A stretch of DNA of 64,000 bases, from positions 13,387-77,386 of the forward strand of contig CASEYJ010000006.1 in assembly GCA_949292175.1 (NCBI GenBank). The letters are read 5' to 3'. Positions 1-9,069 of this stretch are shown here, one piece after another; positions within the stretch are counted from its first letter, which is position 1, and every line of letters begins with the position of its first letter. The notes under the pieces are model-generated. The model had not been told where the DNA came from, made no database searches, and worked only from the letters and a program-made list of their open reading frames with translations. A program made the translations under genes and the position numbers. Origin of the DNA: an uncultured bacterium (GTDB lineage Bacteria > Cyanobacteriota > Vampirovibrionia > Gastranaerophilales > Gastranaerophilaceae).

Positions 1-3000
1 ATTATGTTCTCGATGTTCCAAGCTGACAAATTCTTTGTTTCGTTCGGGAAGTTTTTTATGAGTGTAATTGCAGGACCAGGATTTGTTGCAAATCTGAGTA
101 ATTTATCGATATATGTATAGTCAAAATCTTCTCCAAGTTCTGTTTTTAAAGTAGAACAAAGCTTTTTGATATCTGTAAGTCCTGAGTCAATTATATAGCT
201 TATGAAATTATCATTTTCGTAGTTATTTGCAAGCATTTCTTTTGCAAGTTCTACATTTTCTTTGGTGATATTGAACTCTTCCGTAGAAAGATATTTCCAA
301 CGTCTTATGAAATGGGCGGCCATTATATTTGTTGAAAATTTTCCTTGCTCCATTAACCATTTATCATAGTCATTAGCAAATTTTATTCTGTCGATTATCT
401 CTTCAGATTGTGGTTTTAATACGATATCAAAATCGTAATGAATTAATTCTTTTTTAATATCTGGACTTAGAGATTTGTAAAAGTCCAAATTCTTTTTAAA
501 ATCTTCCGGATTAATTGTTGTCATCTCTTTTGACAAAAATTCATTGCGCATATTTTGGAATTTGTCTACTACTTGTGAATTTGCTTCATCTGTTTTTAAA
601 TCGCTAATAAATTTGTCAAATTCTGCTATATTTTTTTTGAAATTTTGAAGATCTTTGATGAGAGATATGCCATCATACCCAAATAAGAAATTGTTGATAT
701 TTCTATTTGAGCTTGTATTCATTGCATGGCAATAGTCAGAAATTATTTCAGAAAGATCTTGAACATTAATTTCAGGATGCTCTTCCAAGAATTTTTTTAA
801 TCTTAATTTTTCAGATTTTTCTAATTTTTGAGTACCATTTTGTGATGCAATTTGTGTTGCTAGTTCCTCAAAATTTTGTGCAATTTGTCGTTTCCCATCA
901 GGATAATCTTTAAACAATTTACCTTTAGCAAGAGGATTTCCTGTTTCTGTTTCAAAATGTGTGCCATCAGAAACAAAATTTCCATTACTATCAAATTCGC
1001 CATTTTCAAGGTTGACTTTTTTTACTTCAGGATTTGTCAAATCTTTAATATCAGGAGTTCTGGTTAAATGTTTGGCAAAAGGTGCAACAGTTTCATCAGC
1101 TTTTGCGATAGTTTTTTGCTCAAGATTATTACCTATAAGATTTTGCCCAGGTTTAGCAGAATCATTTTGTTTAGCAGAACCTGCACCGTCAAACTTGTTG
1201 TTTTTAGCCAATGCTTCTGTATAAAGTGACATTCTGTAAAATTCTAACACTTTTGCAGGGCTGTCTGCTATTATTCTGTTTCCGTTGTCTACTTCTATTA
1301 TATATTTCTTTATTCCGTTTACTTCTAACTGTTTCACGTTCGTACGTTTCAAAACTTCGTAATCTGACAAAGCCTGACCGTACTTTCCGCCTAAGCGCAT
1401 CTCTATGAAGTGGCCTACCGTCTTAATTAAACCTAAGTTTGTTGTCTGGTCTTTTAATTTGCCTAATAAGTATTTTTCAATGCTTCCTTCTTGCTTAAAT
1501 ACTTCTTTTAGATTGCCGTTCTCATCTACTATATCTTTTATTATCTCTACATTTATGTCGTATCCGGTAAATAAAGCTACCTCTGCGGCAAATTTTGCAC
1601 TCTTACCGGCTAAATTTGCACCACAAGTCTTATCTATAAATTTACTCCACAATTCGACACCATTCATATTCTTGCCGCTGCTGAGTATTTTTGACATTGC
1701 TTCAGCATCACTCGGAACAGTTTTTCCAAGTAATTTTTTTGAATAGTCAGATACTGAACGTTCTATCTTAGATAGACTTTCTGCACTTATACCTCCAACG
1801 AAACCAAAGCCCGCACTTACTAATGTGCCAACACCAAGATTTTTCCAGTCTTCACTTGTTGTTTCACTAGCTTTTGTTAGATTGTTTATGGCTCCGCTGC
1901 CCGCTGTCCAAGTGCCTAATACTTCCGCACCAACCAGCCCTCGGGTTAAATTCATAGTTGCGGTACTGCCTAAGCCCATACGACCTACCAGATTAGCTGT
2001 TCCTCCGGCAACACTCTTCATTGCCCCCAATTCTTTTATCCAGCTTGTACCTATGAGCATTCCGGCGATATCGCCCACCATATCTATACCTTGGACATAG
2101 TTTATTTGATCTGTTATTGCATCTGTAACTTTTGTGCCAAATGCGGCTACATATGCTTCTGAAGTAGATGGATCATTTTTATCCGCAAGGCTAATAAACT
2201 TTTTTACTTTCTCAGGATTGTAGTCTACCCCTGTTAATTCTTTGAATTTTGCTTTGTATTCTTTCTCGTTACCACTGCAAGTATTTAGTACGCTCTTTAC
2301 ATAGTCACGTTGACGTTCCAAACGACGTATTACTCCGTCAAAATTCATAGCTACGTGATTATCTCCTGGAGTGATTAAATCTAATAAACCTCCAAGTTTT
2401 TCGCGCCAATATCCAATATTTAGCCAACCTTGTGAATCTTGGTATTGTTTTATTAAGGATATTGCCTGATCATAAGCTATACCTGCACCTTCTGAAGACA
2501 TACGTCTTAATTGGTCTTCTTCGTATTTTGGACTTTGTTGGTATTTTATGTAGTCAGCTCTTTGTTCTGAAACACTGCGGATATCTACACCATAACTTGA
2601 AAATACATTTCGTAATTCTTCTAACTTATTTGCAGAAAATCCGGTTGCTGTCAGGTTCTTAAACACTTGCTTCATTTCTGTTGCAGATAGCTTATTCAAC
2701 TCTGCCTGACTCATGTTGTTCATTCGTTCATATAAATTTTTCCCTGCTTTACTATCCAAGCTTATGCCTAAATAGTCTTGGATAAATGTTTCTAAGGCTA
2801 TTGAATCATTTACAGGAGTTGAGAATCCGCTTGGTACTAGCTGTTTACGTTGAGGAATTGTTTTATCTGAGTCAAACAGGTTTATTGTCGGATAAGAGCG
2901 AAGTATTGCCGCTTTTATTTGACGGGGATCTGTTACTTTTTGACTGTTCATATACTTCAACAGTCTTAATACGTTTTGTTTTTCTGCGTTATTTAATTTG

Positions 3001-4205
3001 TTGAATTTGTTGTAAAACACAAAGTTTTCAGAAGTTGCGGGGAAACCTAACTTCTTTAACTCTTGTACTGTTTTCACATCAGTATGCTCGCCTGTGAGGT
3101 ATATTTTGCTACCTTTGGTTAGCTTCGTGTTATTGGTTGAATTCAAAACTTCAAGTTCCAATGCTTTGTCATTTATCTGTTGATTACTTGCATTTGGTCC
3201 CAATAATTCTTTTGCTAATGCCCAGTAATTAGAGTCATAGTTTTTGGTAAGAACTTTTTCTTCTATGTTTGAAGTGTATATATGTTCTAAAGTATCTTTG
3301 AATTGTTGTTTGTTGTATTTCTGAATACTTTCAGATGCGCTTAATCGTCTTTTCACAACAGCAGAATCAGCATTAAATTCTCCTGGTACCAGAATTTGAG
3401 CGCCAACCTGATTGATTGCGTTTTTACCCTTTTGAGGGTTCAGACGTTTTAAAGCTTCTGTACTAACATTAAATTTCTGTGCGATTAGGGCAGGACTTTC
3501 ACCATTTTGAACTGTTGTTTTGGTATTTCCTTTACCGTCGTATTCAACAAAGTATATTTTGCCATCTCGTTCTACTTGTTGAACTACTCGATGCAAATCG
3601 CCTTGTGTGTAATCGTTGTAGCTTGTTCCATTGTACAGAGTTGTTATTTTTTTCCCATTTGCACGGACTTTATCTTCTATTATGACTCCGTTTAGAGAAT
3701 AAGCGGTTTCTGTACTTCCATCCGGATTAACTTTCTGTGTGTAAATAAAATCGTTGTCATTGATTTCACCTTCTGAGTTAACATTTAAGGCAGTAGTTAC
3801 TCTTTTGCCTCCATCTGGAGTTGTTTCTGTTACAAGCACGTGTGCGGGTTCTGTATTATTACCGGTTACCCATTCATAGCTAATTTCCCTTAATATTTCA
3901 TTCCCTTTACGCTCGATACGTGAAATTGGATAGCCTGAGTCGTTGTATTTTACCTCAGCTTCACATATTGTACCGGCAACCTCTATGTTGTATATCTCTG
4001 TATTTGAGCGTTCTGTTTCTTCACTTTTATGTTCAATGGTAACACCTTTATCCAAGTCCTTTGTATTACCACCGTTTAGTAACGCAAACAACTCGCTTTC
4101 GCTCAAGTTTGCCAAGCGTTTTTCGTATTCAGCTAAAGCCACACCGCTTAAGCCTTTGTTTTTACATATCTCTTGTATTAATGCTGTTTTGCTGTTTACG
4201 TCCAT
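1..4205 (-). CDS. Giant LysM-domain protein, N-terminal ~1,401 codons only (ORF leaves the window at the left edge, so it is absent from the ORF track)
   Basis: Manual minus-strand translation from the ATG (complement of 4203-4205), MDVNSKTALIQEICKNKGLSGVALAEYEKRL..., stays open to position 1 (last residues ...DYTYIDKLLRFATNPGPAITLIKNFPNETKNLSAWNIENI). LysM motif TVQNGESPALIAQKFNVSTEALKRLNPQKGKNAINQVGAQILVPG at 3381-3518. The listed plus-strand ORFs here are short and F/L/S-rich, as expected for the antisense of a K/E/N-rich gene. Confidence 0.85.
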   Translation of the reverse strand, partial: MDVNSKTALIQEICKNKGLSGVALAEYEKRLANLSESELFALLNGGNTKDLDKGVTIEHKSEETERSNTEIYNIEVAGTICEAEVKYNDSGYPISRIERKGNEILREISYEWVTGNNTEPAHVLVTETTPDGGKRVTTALNVNSEGEINDNDFIYTQKVNPDGSTETAYSLNGVIIEDKVRANGKKITTLYNGTSYNDYTQGDLHRVVQQVERDGKIYFVEYDGKGNTKTTVQNGESPALIAQKFNVSTEALKRLNPQKGKNAINQVGAQILVPGEFNADSAVVKRRLSASESIQKYNKQQFKDTLEHIYTSNIEEKVLTKNYDSNYWALAKELLGPNASNQQINDKALELEVLNSTNNTKLTKGSKIYLTGEHTDVKTVQELKKLGFPATSENFVFYNKFNKLNNAEKQNVLRLLKYMNSQKVTDPRQIKAAILRSYPTINLFDSDKTIPQRKQLVPSGFSTPVNDSIALETFIQDYLGISLDSKAGKNLYERMNNMSQAELNKLSATEMKQVFKNLTATGFSANKLEELRNVFSSYGVDIRSVSEQRADYIKYQQSPKYEEDQLRRMSSEGAGIAYDQAISLIKQYQDSQGWLNIGYWREKLGGLLDLITPGDNHVAMNFDGVIRRLERQRDYVKSVLNTCSGNEKEYKAKFKELTGVDYNPEKVKKFISLADKNDPSTSEAYVAAFGTKVTDAITDQINYVQGIDMVGDIAGMLIGTSWIKELGAMKSVAGGTANLVGRMGLGSTATMNLTRGLVGAEVLGTWTAGSGAINNLTKASETTSEDWKNLGVGTLVSAGFGFVGGISAESLSKIERSVSDYSKKLLGKTVPSDAEAMSKILSSGKNMNGVELWSKFIDKTCGANLAGKSAKFAAEVALFTGYDINVEIIKDIVDENGNLKEVFKQEGSIEKYLLGKLKDQTTNLGLIKTVGHFIEMRLGGKYGQALSDYEVLKRTNVKQLEVNGIKKYIIEVDNGNRIIADSPAKVLEFYRMSLYTEALAKNNKFDGAGSAKQNDSAKPGQNLIGNNLEQKTIAKADETVAPFAKHLTRTPDIKDLTNPEVKKVNLENGEFDSNGNFVSDGTHFETETGNPLAKGKLFKDYPDGKRQIAQNFEELATQIASQNGTQKLEKSEKLRLKKFLEEHPEINVQDLSEIISDYCHAMNTSSNRNINNFLFGYDGISLIKDLQNFKKNIAEFDKFISDLKTDEANSQVVDKFQNMRNEFLSKEMTTINPEDFKKNLDFYKSLSPDIKKELIHYDFDIVLKPQSEEIIDRIKFANDYDKWLMEQGKFSTNIMAAHFIRRWKYLSTEEFNITKENVELAKEMLANNYENDNFISYIIDSGLTDIKKLCSTLKTELGEDFDYTYIDKLLRFATNPGPAITLIKNFPNETKNLSAWNIENI

Positions 4206-4454
4206 TTTTCTCTATTTGCACACGGCTTTTCTTTATTTACATCCTACTCTTTCTTTTTACGGCATATTTTATTTTTTCTTTAGGGTATATGTACTTTTGT
4301 TAACTGCTGTTTATGCTTCATGACTTGCATTTCAAATCGTTTTATGCTTTCATGATGAATGGAACAGGCAATTCCTCTTAGCCTTGTTCAAGGGAAATCA
4401 ACAAGCGGCGGTTGAAATTCCGATAATGTACACTTAATAAGAAGGAAAAACAAA

Positions 4455-4847
4455 ATGTTAAAAATCAGATTAACTAGATTTGGTGCTAAAAAGAACCCAT
4501 CATATAGAATTATTGTAATTAACTCTACAACAAAAAGAGAAGGTAGACCTGTTCAAGAATTGGGTCACTACAATCCTAAGACTAAGGTTATGAAATTAGA
4601 CCTTGCTGCAGCTCAAGAATGGATTAAGAAAGGTGCTCAACCTACAGAAACAGTTGCTTACTTAATCAAAAATTGCAATGCTGATGGAACTTTGAACTAC
4701 AAAAAGAGCGAAACAGTTAAATTGTCTAAGAAAGCTCAAGCTAAAGCTGCTGCTGAAGCAGAAGCTAAAGCAAAAGCTGAAGAAGAAGCTAAGGCTGCTG
4801 CTGAAGCTGCTGCTCAAGAAGCTCCAGCTGAAGAAGCTCAAGCTTAG
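4455..4847 (+). CDS. rpsP: 30S ribosomal protein S16 with Ala/Glu/Lys-rich C-terminal extension
   Basis: MLKIRLTRFGAKKNPSYRIIV...GHYNP is the canonical S16 N-terminus. A purine-rich SD (AAGAAGGAAAAA) lies upstream and a hairpin terminator downstream. Confidence 0.95.
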   Translation: MLKIRLTRFGAKKNPSYRIIVINSTTKREGRPVQELGHYNPKTKVMKLDLAAAQEWIKKGAQPTETVAYLIKNCNADGTLNYKKSETVKLSKKAQAKAAAEAEAKAKAEEEAKAAAEAAAQEAPAEEAQA

Positions 4848-4869
4848 TCTTTATAAAGATATAGTTAAA

Positions 4870-4897
4870 ATCCCTGTCATCCGGCAGGGATTTTTTT
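4870..4897 (+). terminator. Rho-independent terminator after rpsP
   Basis: ATCCCTG (4870-4876) pairs with CAGGGAT (4885-4891): 7-bp stem, 8-nt loop, then a T7 run to 4897. Confidence 0.8.
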
Positions 4898-4994
4898 ATA
4901 CATGAAAAAATGTAAATAATTAGTAAATTACAAGGCGTAAAATTATTTCTGTATTATAATTGAAGTGTTATATTTAATTGGTTAGGATAGAATT

Positions 4995-6374
4995 TTGAAT
5001 AAGAAGAAATATTATTTTATAGCAATTGGCGGTGTCGGTATGAGCGGACTTGCCAAGTATTTATTGGAAAATGGATGTGACGTCAGCGGTTCTGATGTTT
5101 GTGATAGCAAGTATGTACAAAAGTTGAAGAAAATGGGTGCAACAGTTCATATAGGACATTCAGCTCAAAATGTTCCTGAAGGTGCTGTTGTAATTGCAAG
5201 TTCGGCGATAAGAGACACTAACCCGGAAATCATTAGGGCAAAGGAATTAGGATTACCTATTTATCACCGTTCTGATTTGCTTGCAGAAATTTCCAGAGAG
5301 GGAAAATTCTTTCTCGGATATTCAGGTACCCACGGAAAGACAACCACAAGCGGGTTAAGTTCTTATGTTCTTGAAAAGGCAGGATTGAAACCTTCATATG
5401 TGGTTGGTGGTATTATTCCTGAATTGGAAACGAATGCTCATTGTCAGGATGGAAAGTTTTTTGCAGCGGAACTTGATGAAAGTGACGGTACAATTGTAAA
5501 ATACGTCCCAAATATTTGTGTCGTTAATAATCTTGAGGCTGATCACCTTGATTTTTACAAGAATGGCTTAGAGTCTATTTTGGAAACTTTCGAAAAGTTT
5601 ATTTCCAAAATGCCGGATGATGGGGTTGTGCTTGTAAATAACGATTGTGAAGCTTCTAAAGGTTTGCACGGTCACAAGACAATGACATTTGGGCTTGCTG
5701 ATGGAGCTGATTATGTTGCTAAAAACATTTGTTACAATGAAGATTGTACAACTTTCGATGTTTACTTTAAGGGTGAGTTTTTAACTGATTTGAAAATTAT
5801 TCTTAAAGGTAAGCATAATGTTTATAATGCTCTTTCTGTATTAGCAAGTCTTCATCAGGCAGGAGTGGATTTGGATCTTGTAAAACCACATTTTGCTACA
5901 TTCAGCGGAATGGGAAGACGTTTCCAAAAAGTTGGAGAATTTGACGGCATTGAAATCTATGATGATTATGCGCACCATCCAACCGAAATAAAGGCTACTT
6001 TGTCTGCCGCAGCTAATTTCAAGAACAAGCATATTGTTGCTGTATTCCAGCCTCACAGATATTCTCGTTTGAAGAATTTATGGAATGAATTCCTTGGAGC
6101 TTTTGACGGGGTTGATAGGGTTGTTGTGACTGACGTTTACGCAGCTTCTGAAGATCCTATTGAGGGAATTAACGCTGAGAGATTTGTTTCTGTACTTTCA
6201 GAGAAGCAGATTCCGTGTGAGTATATTGCCGGTGATATGGCAAGTGTTGCAAAGGAATTATTCCCTTCTTTGAGAAGTGGAGATGTTGTAATCGGACTTG
6301 GGGCCGGTACAATTAATGCTTTGGGAAAAGAGTTGTTGAAGTTGAGTGATGAGGTTAGCAAAGTTGGACATTGA
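4995..6374 (+). CDS. murC: UDP-N-acetylmuramate--L-alanine ligase
   Basis: GGVGMSGLAKYL Rossmann start, Mur-ligase P-loop GYSGTHGKTTTSG, DDYAHHPTEI motif. TTG start per track. Confidence 0.93.
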   Translation: MNKKKYYFIAIGGVGMSGLAKYLLENGCDVSGSDVCDSKYVQKLKKMGATVHIGHSAQNVPEGAVVIASSAIRDTNPEIIRAKELGLPIYHRSDLLAEISREGKFFLGYSGTHGKTTTSGLSSYVLEKAGLKPSYVVGGIIPELETNAHCQDGKFFAAELDESDGTIVKYVPNICVVNNLEADHLDFYKNGLESILETFEKFISKMPDDGVVLVNNDCEASKGLHGHKTMTFGLADGADYVAKNICYNEDCTTFDVYFKGEFLTDLKIILKGKHNVYNALSVLASLHQAGVDLDLVKPHFATFSGMGRRFQKVGEFDGIEIYDDYAHHPTEIKATLSAAANFKNKHIVAVFQPHRYSRLKNLWNEFLGAFDGVDRVVVTDVYAASEDPIEGINAERFVSVLSEKQIPCEYIAGDMASVAKELFPSLRSGDVVIGLGAGTINALGKELLKLSDEVSKVGH

Positions 6375-7266
6375 AGTTAAAGAGAATTTTGTTGTCGATA
6401 AGCTTACCAGTTTCAAAATCGGCGGCGCAATTAAGAAGGTATATTTCCCACATTCAGTTAGTGAATTTTTAGATATTGTAGAAAGAGAACCGGAGGCGGA
6501 AGTTTTTGGGAATTTTTCGAACACACTTGTGTCATCAGAGGGGTATGACGGAACTATCATCGTTACGACTAAGATGACAGAGGTAAAAATCGATGGTACA
6601 AAATTGATTGCTGAGTGCGGCATTAAGAGTCAAAAATTGTCTAAAATCGCTTGTGAAAATACGCTTAGCGGGTTTGAATTTATGATTGGTGTTCCGGGAA
6701 CTTTGGGTGGAATGATTTTCATGAATGCTTCTGCACGCGGACAATGTGTGAGTGACAAGCTTGTTAAAGTTACTTGCTGGTCAAGAGAGAAGGGACTTTT
6801 TGATTTAGGTAAGGATGAAATGGGCTTTGAATATAGAACTTCTCGTTGTCAAAAAGATTCTATAATTATTTTGGCAGCTGAGTTTGAGCTTGATAAGAAG
6901 CCTGTTGAAGAAATCCAAGAAGTAATGGATGCAAATGTTGATTTCAGAAAAAATCATCAACCTTCATTGGCATTACCGAATTGTGGAAGTGTTTTCAGAA
7001 ACCCTGAGGGTAATTCTGCCGGCAGACTTCTTGAGCAGGCTGGAGCAAAGGCTTTTTCAGTTGGCGGAGTCAATGTTTGGGAAAATCATGCAAATTTTAT
7101 AATCAATTCTCGTGGCGGAAGCTCAGAAGATGTTTTGGAAATTATGTGCAAAATGTATTCTGCTGTGAAAGACAAATTTGGAATTGAATTAAGGCCTGAA
7201 GTTAGATTTTTGGGCGGAAAGAACTTAAGAGAGGTTGAATTATGCAAGACATTGAATATAAAATAG
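6346..7266 (+). CDS. murB: UDP-N-acetylenolpyruvoylglucosamine reductase
   Basis: FKIGGAIKKVYFP, GVPGTLGGMIFMNASARG and NCGSVFRNPEG motifs. The track start overlaps murC by 29 nt; an in-frame TTG at 6364 is an alternative start. Confidence 0.9.
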   Translation: MMRLAKLDIEVKENFVVDKLTSFKIGGAIKKVYFPHSVSEFLDIVEREPEAEVFGNFSNTLVSSEGYDGTIIVTTKMTEVKIDGTKLIAECGIKSQKLSKIACENTLSGFEFMIGVPGTLGGMIFMNASARGQCVSDKLVKVTCWSREKGLFDLGKDEMGFEYRTSRCQKDSIIILAAEFELDKKPVEEIQEVMDANVDFRKNHQPSLALPNCGSVFRNPEGNSAGRLLEQAGAKAFSVGGVNVWENHANFIINSRGGSSEDVLEIMCKMYSAVKDKFGIELRPEVRFLGGKNLREVELCKTLNIK

Positions 7267-8195
7267 ATAAAAATGCTAAAATTGCGGTACTTTGCGGTGG
7301 AATGTCTTCTGAAGCAGAAGTATCTATGAGATCCGGTAAGGGATGTTATGAAGCGTTGAAGAGATTGGGCTATGACAATGCAGAGATGGTTGTCGTTGAT
7401 AGAAATATCGCTCAGAAACTTGCTGATGGAAAATATGACTGTGCATTCAATGCTCTTCATGGCAAATATGGTGAAGACGGTTGTGTGCAAGGTATTTTAG
7501 AAATTTTAAAAATCCCTTATGCGGGTTGCGGTGTTATGGCAAGTGCAATTTGTATGAATAAAGAATACACAAAAAGAGTGCTTTCTACTTGCAAAGATAT
7601 TCCGCTTATTAAATCTGTTTTTGTTAGAAAAGGCGAAGATGTTAAAAAGGCTTGTGAAGGTTTAAGATATCCGCTTATTACAAAACCTGTTTGTGAAGGT
7701 TCAAGTTTTGGAATGACTAAGGTTAATAGTGCCGAAGAACTTTTGCCTGCTTATGAAGAAGCTGTTAAATATAATGCTGATGTTTTAATCGAAGAATTTA
7801 TTGACGGATTCTTTATTACTGTTGGAGTTTTGGAAAAAGACGGTAAGGCTTTTGCAACTGAAATTCTTGAGATAAGACCTAAAAATGAATGGTATGATTT
7901 TGAGGCTAAATATACTAAAGGAATGTCTGATTTTATCGTTCCTTCTACTGCTTTGTCTGCTGAAGCTACTGCGAAGATTAAGGATATTGCAGTTAAGGCC
8001 CATGAAACTGCCGGTTGCAGCGGTGTTTCCAGAGTTGATTTCATGGTAATGAATGATGAACCTTATTTCCTTGAAATTAATACAAGCCCTGGGATGACTG
8101 AAACTAGCGATTTGCCTGCTCAGGCTGCTGCAATGGGTATAAGCTATGATGAACTTGTTTTGTTAATTTTGAATAGCGCAGGTTTGAATAAATAA
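7242..8195 (+). CDS. ddl: D-alanine--D-alanine ligase
   Basis: AVLCGGMSSEAEVSMRSG, LHGKYGEDGCVQGILEILKIPYAGCG, ATP-grasp C-terminal EINTSPGMT. Confidence 0.93.
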   Translation: MQDIEYKIDKNAKIAVLCGGMSSEAEVSMRSGKGCYEALKRLGYDNAEMVVVDRNIAQKLADGKYDCAFNALHGKYGEDGCVQGILEILKIPYAGCGVMASAICMNKEYTKRVLSTCKDIPLIKSVFVRKGEDVKKACEGLRYPLITKPVCEGSSFGMTKVNSAEELLPAYEEAVKYNADVLIEEFIDGFFITVGVLEKDGKAFATEILEIRPKNEWYDFEAKYTKGMSDFIVPSTALSAEATAKIKDIAVKAHETAGCSGVSRVDFMVMNDEPYFLEINTSPGMTETSDLPAQAAAMGISYDELVLLILNSAGLNK

Positions 8196-8202
8196 GGGTA
8201 AA

Positions 8203-9069
8203 ATGGAAGAATTTCAAGAAGATAATCGAGAAGAAGAAATAATTGATCCGGTGAAACTTGTGAAAAAGGTTCGCAAGTCTCGTAAGGTGCGTAAAGGTCG
8301 TCGTAAACAAACTGTTTTCAGAAAATCTTTCCGCTTCTTCATGACTATCTTTTTGATTTTTGCCCTAGTATATGTTTCAAAAATGCCTCAATGGTATTTA
8401 AGCAAAAAAGCTTACACGACTGTTGATAACAATACGATTATTATTGAAAATAATAAGATAGTTAAGCCGTATAGGATTCTTGCGTTCCTTAAATTGCACA
8501 AGGTTCCTGATCAGCCTATATATATGATGAAGACGTCTGCAATTGAACGTGATATCAAGAAATTACCACCTATCGAGGAAGTTTACATTCGTCGTTATGC
8601 TTTTCCTGCAAGACTTCAAATCATTGTAAAGGAAAGAGTTCCTGTAATATCTATTGCTCCGTCAGAAAAGGTTCCGCCTGTTGCGGCGTTTGCAAAAGAT
8701 GGAACGTTAATAGGTCATGAATTTATGCCGCTTGCTCCTGGAATTAAGACCATAAAGGTTTTATCTTACGGAAACAAGGGCGATGATTATACAAAATGGA
8801 ATATTACTAAAATCAACGAAATCGAAAAGATTGCCAGATACGTTGGACAGTACTCAAAAGAATCTGTTGAATATATTGATATGCGTAATCCTTATGATGT
8901 TTACGTAAAAATTAAAACGGTTAATATCAGATTAGGAAAGCTGGATGCCGGTGTTTACGATAGAATTAAGCGTATTCCGTCAATTCTTCCTCAGGTTAAA
9001 CTTACTGATGCAAAGATTAAATATTTAGACTTAAGTTGGGAAAAGGTTAATTATTTGAAGCTTGAATAA
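8203..9069 (+). CDS. ftsQ: Cell division protein FtsQ/DivIB-like (POTRA domain)
   Basis: Basic N-terminus, single TM helix (FFMTIFLIFALVYV) and a POTRA-like segment (...ERDIKKLPPIEEVYIRRYAFPARLQIIVKERVP). Position directly after ddl. Confidence 0.75.
   Translation: MEEFQEDNREEEIIDPVKLVKKVRKSRKVRKGRRKQTVFRKSFRFFMTIFLIFALVYVSKMPQWYLSKKAYTTVDNNTIIIENNKIVKPYRILAFLKLHKVPDQPIYMMKTSAIERDIKKLPPIEEVYIRRYAFPARLQIIVKERVPVISIAPSEKVPPVAAFAKDGTLIGHEFMPLAPGIKTIKVLSYGNKGDDYTKWNITKINEIEKIARYVGQYSKESVEYIDMRNPYDVYVKIKTVNIRLGKLDAGVYDRIKRIPSILPQVKLTDAKIKYLDLSWEKVNYLKLE

Noticed and set aside
876-4323. Nine plus-strand ORFs of 62-130 aa listed in the track over the first 4.3 kb
   Set aside because: All are F/L/S/C-rich with no motifs. 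They lie antisense to a single uninterrupted minus-strand reading frame (1-4205) that has normal composition and a LysM domain. They are shadow ORFs.
4392-4421. Hairpin upstream of rpsP (GGGAAATCAAC...GTTGAAATTCC) as a possible ribosomal-protein leader
   Set aside because: It has only 5 + 4 bp interrupted by a 2x2 internal loop, and I know of no matching S16 leader. It is too weak to call.
4716-4844. GCT/GAA/AAA-rich repetitive DNA at the end of rpsP as a possible tandem repeat or array
   Set aside because: It is in frame with S16 and encodes a low-complexity Ala/Glu/Lys tail. There is no regular repeat-spacer periodicity.
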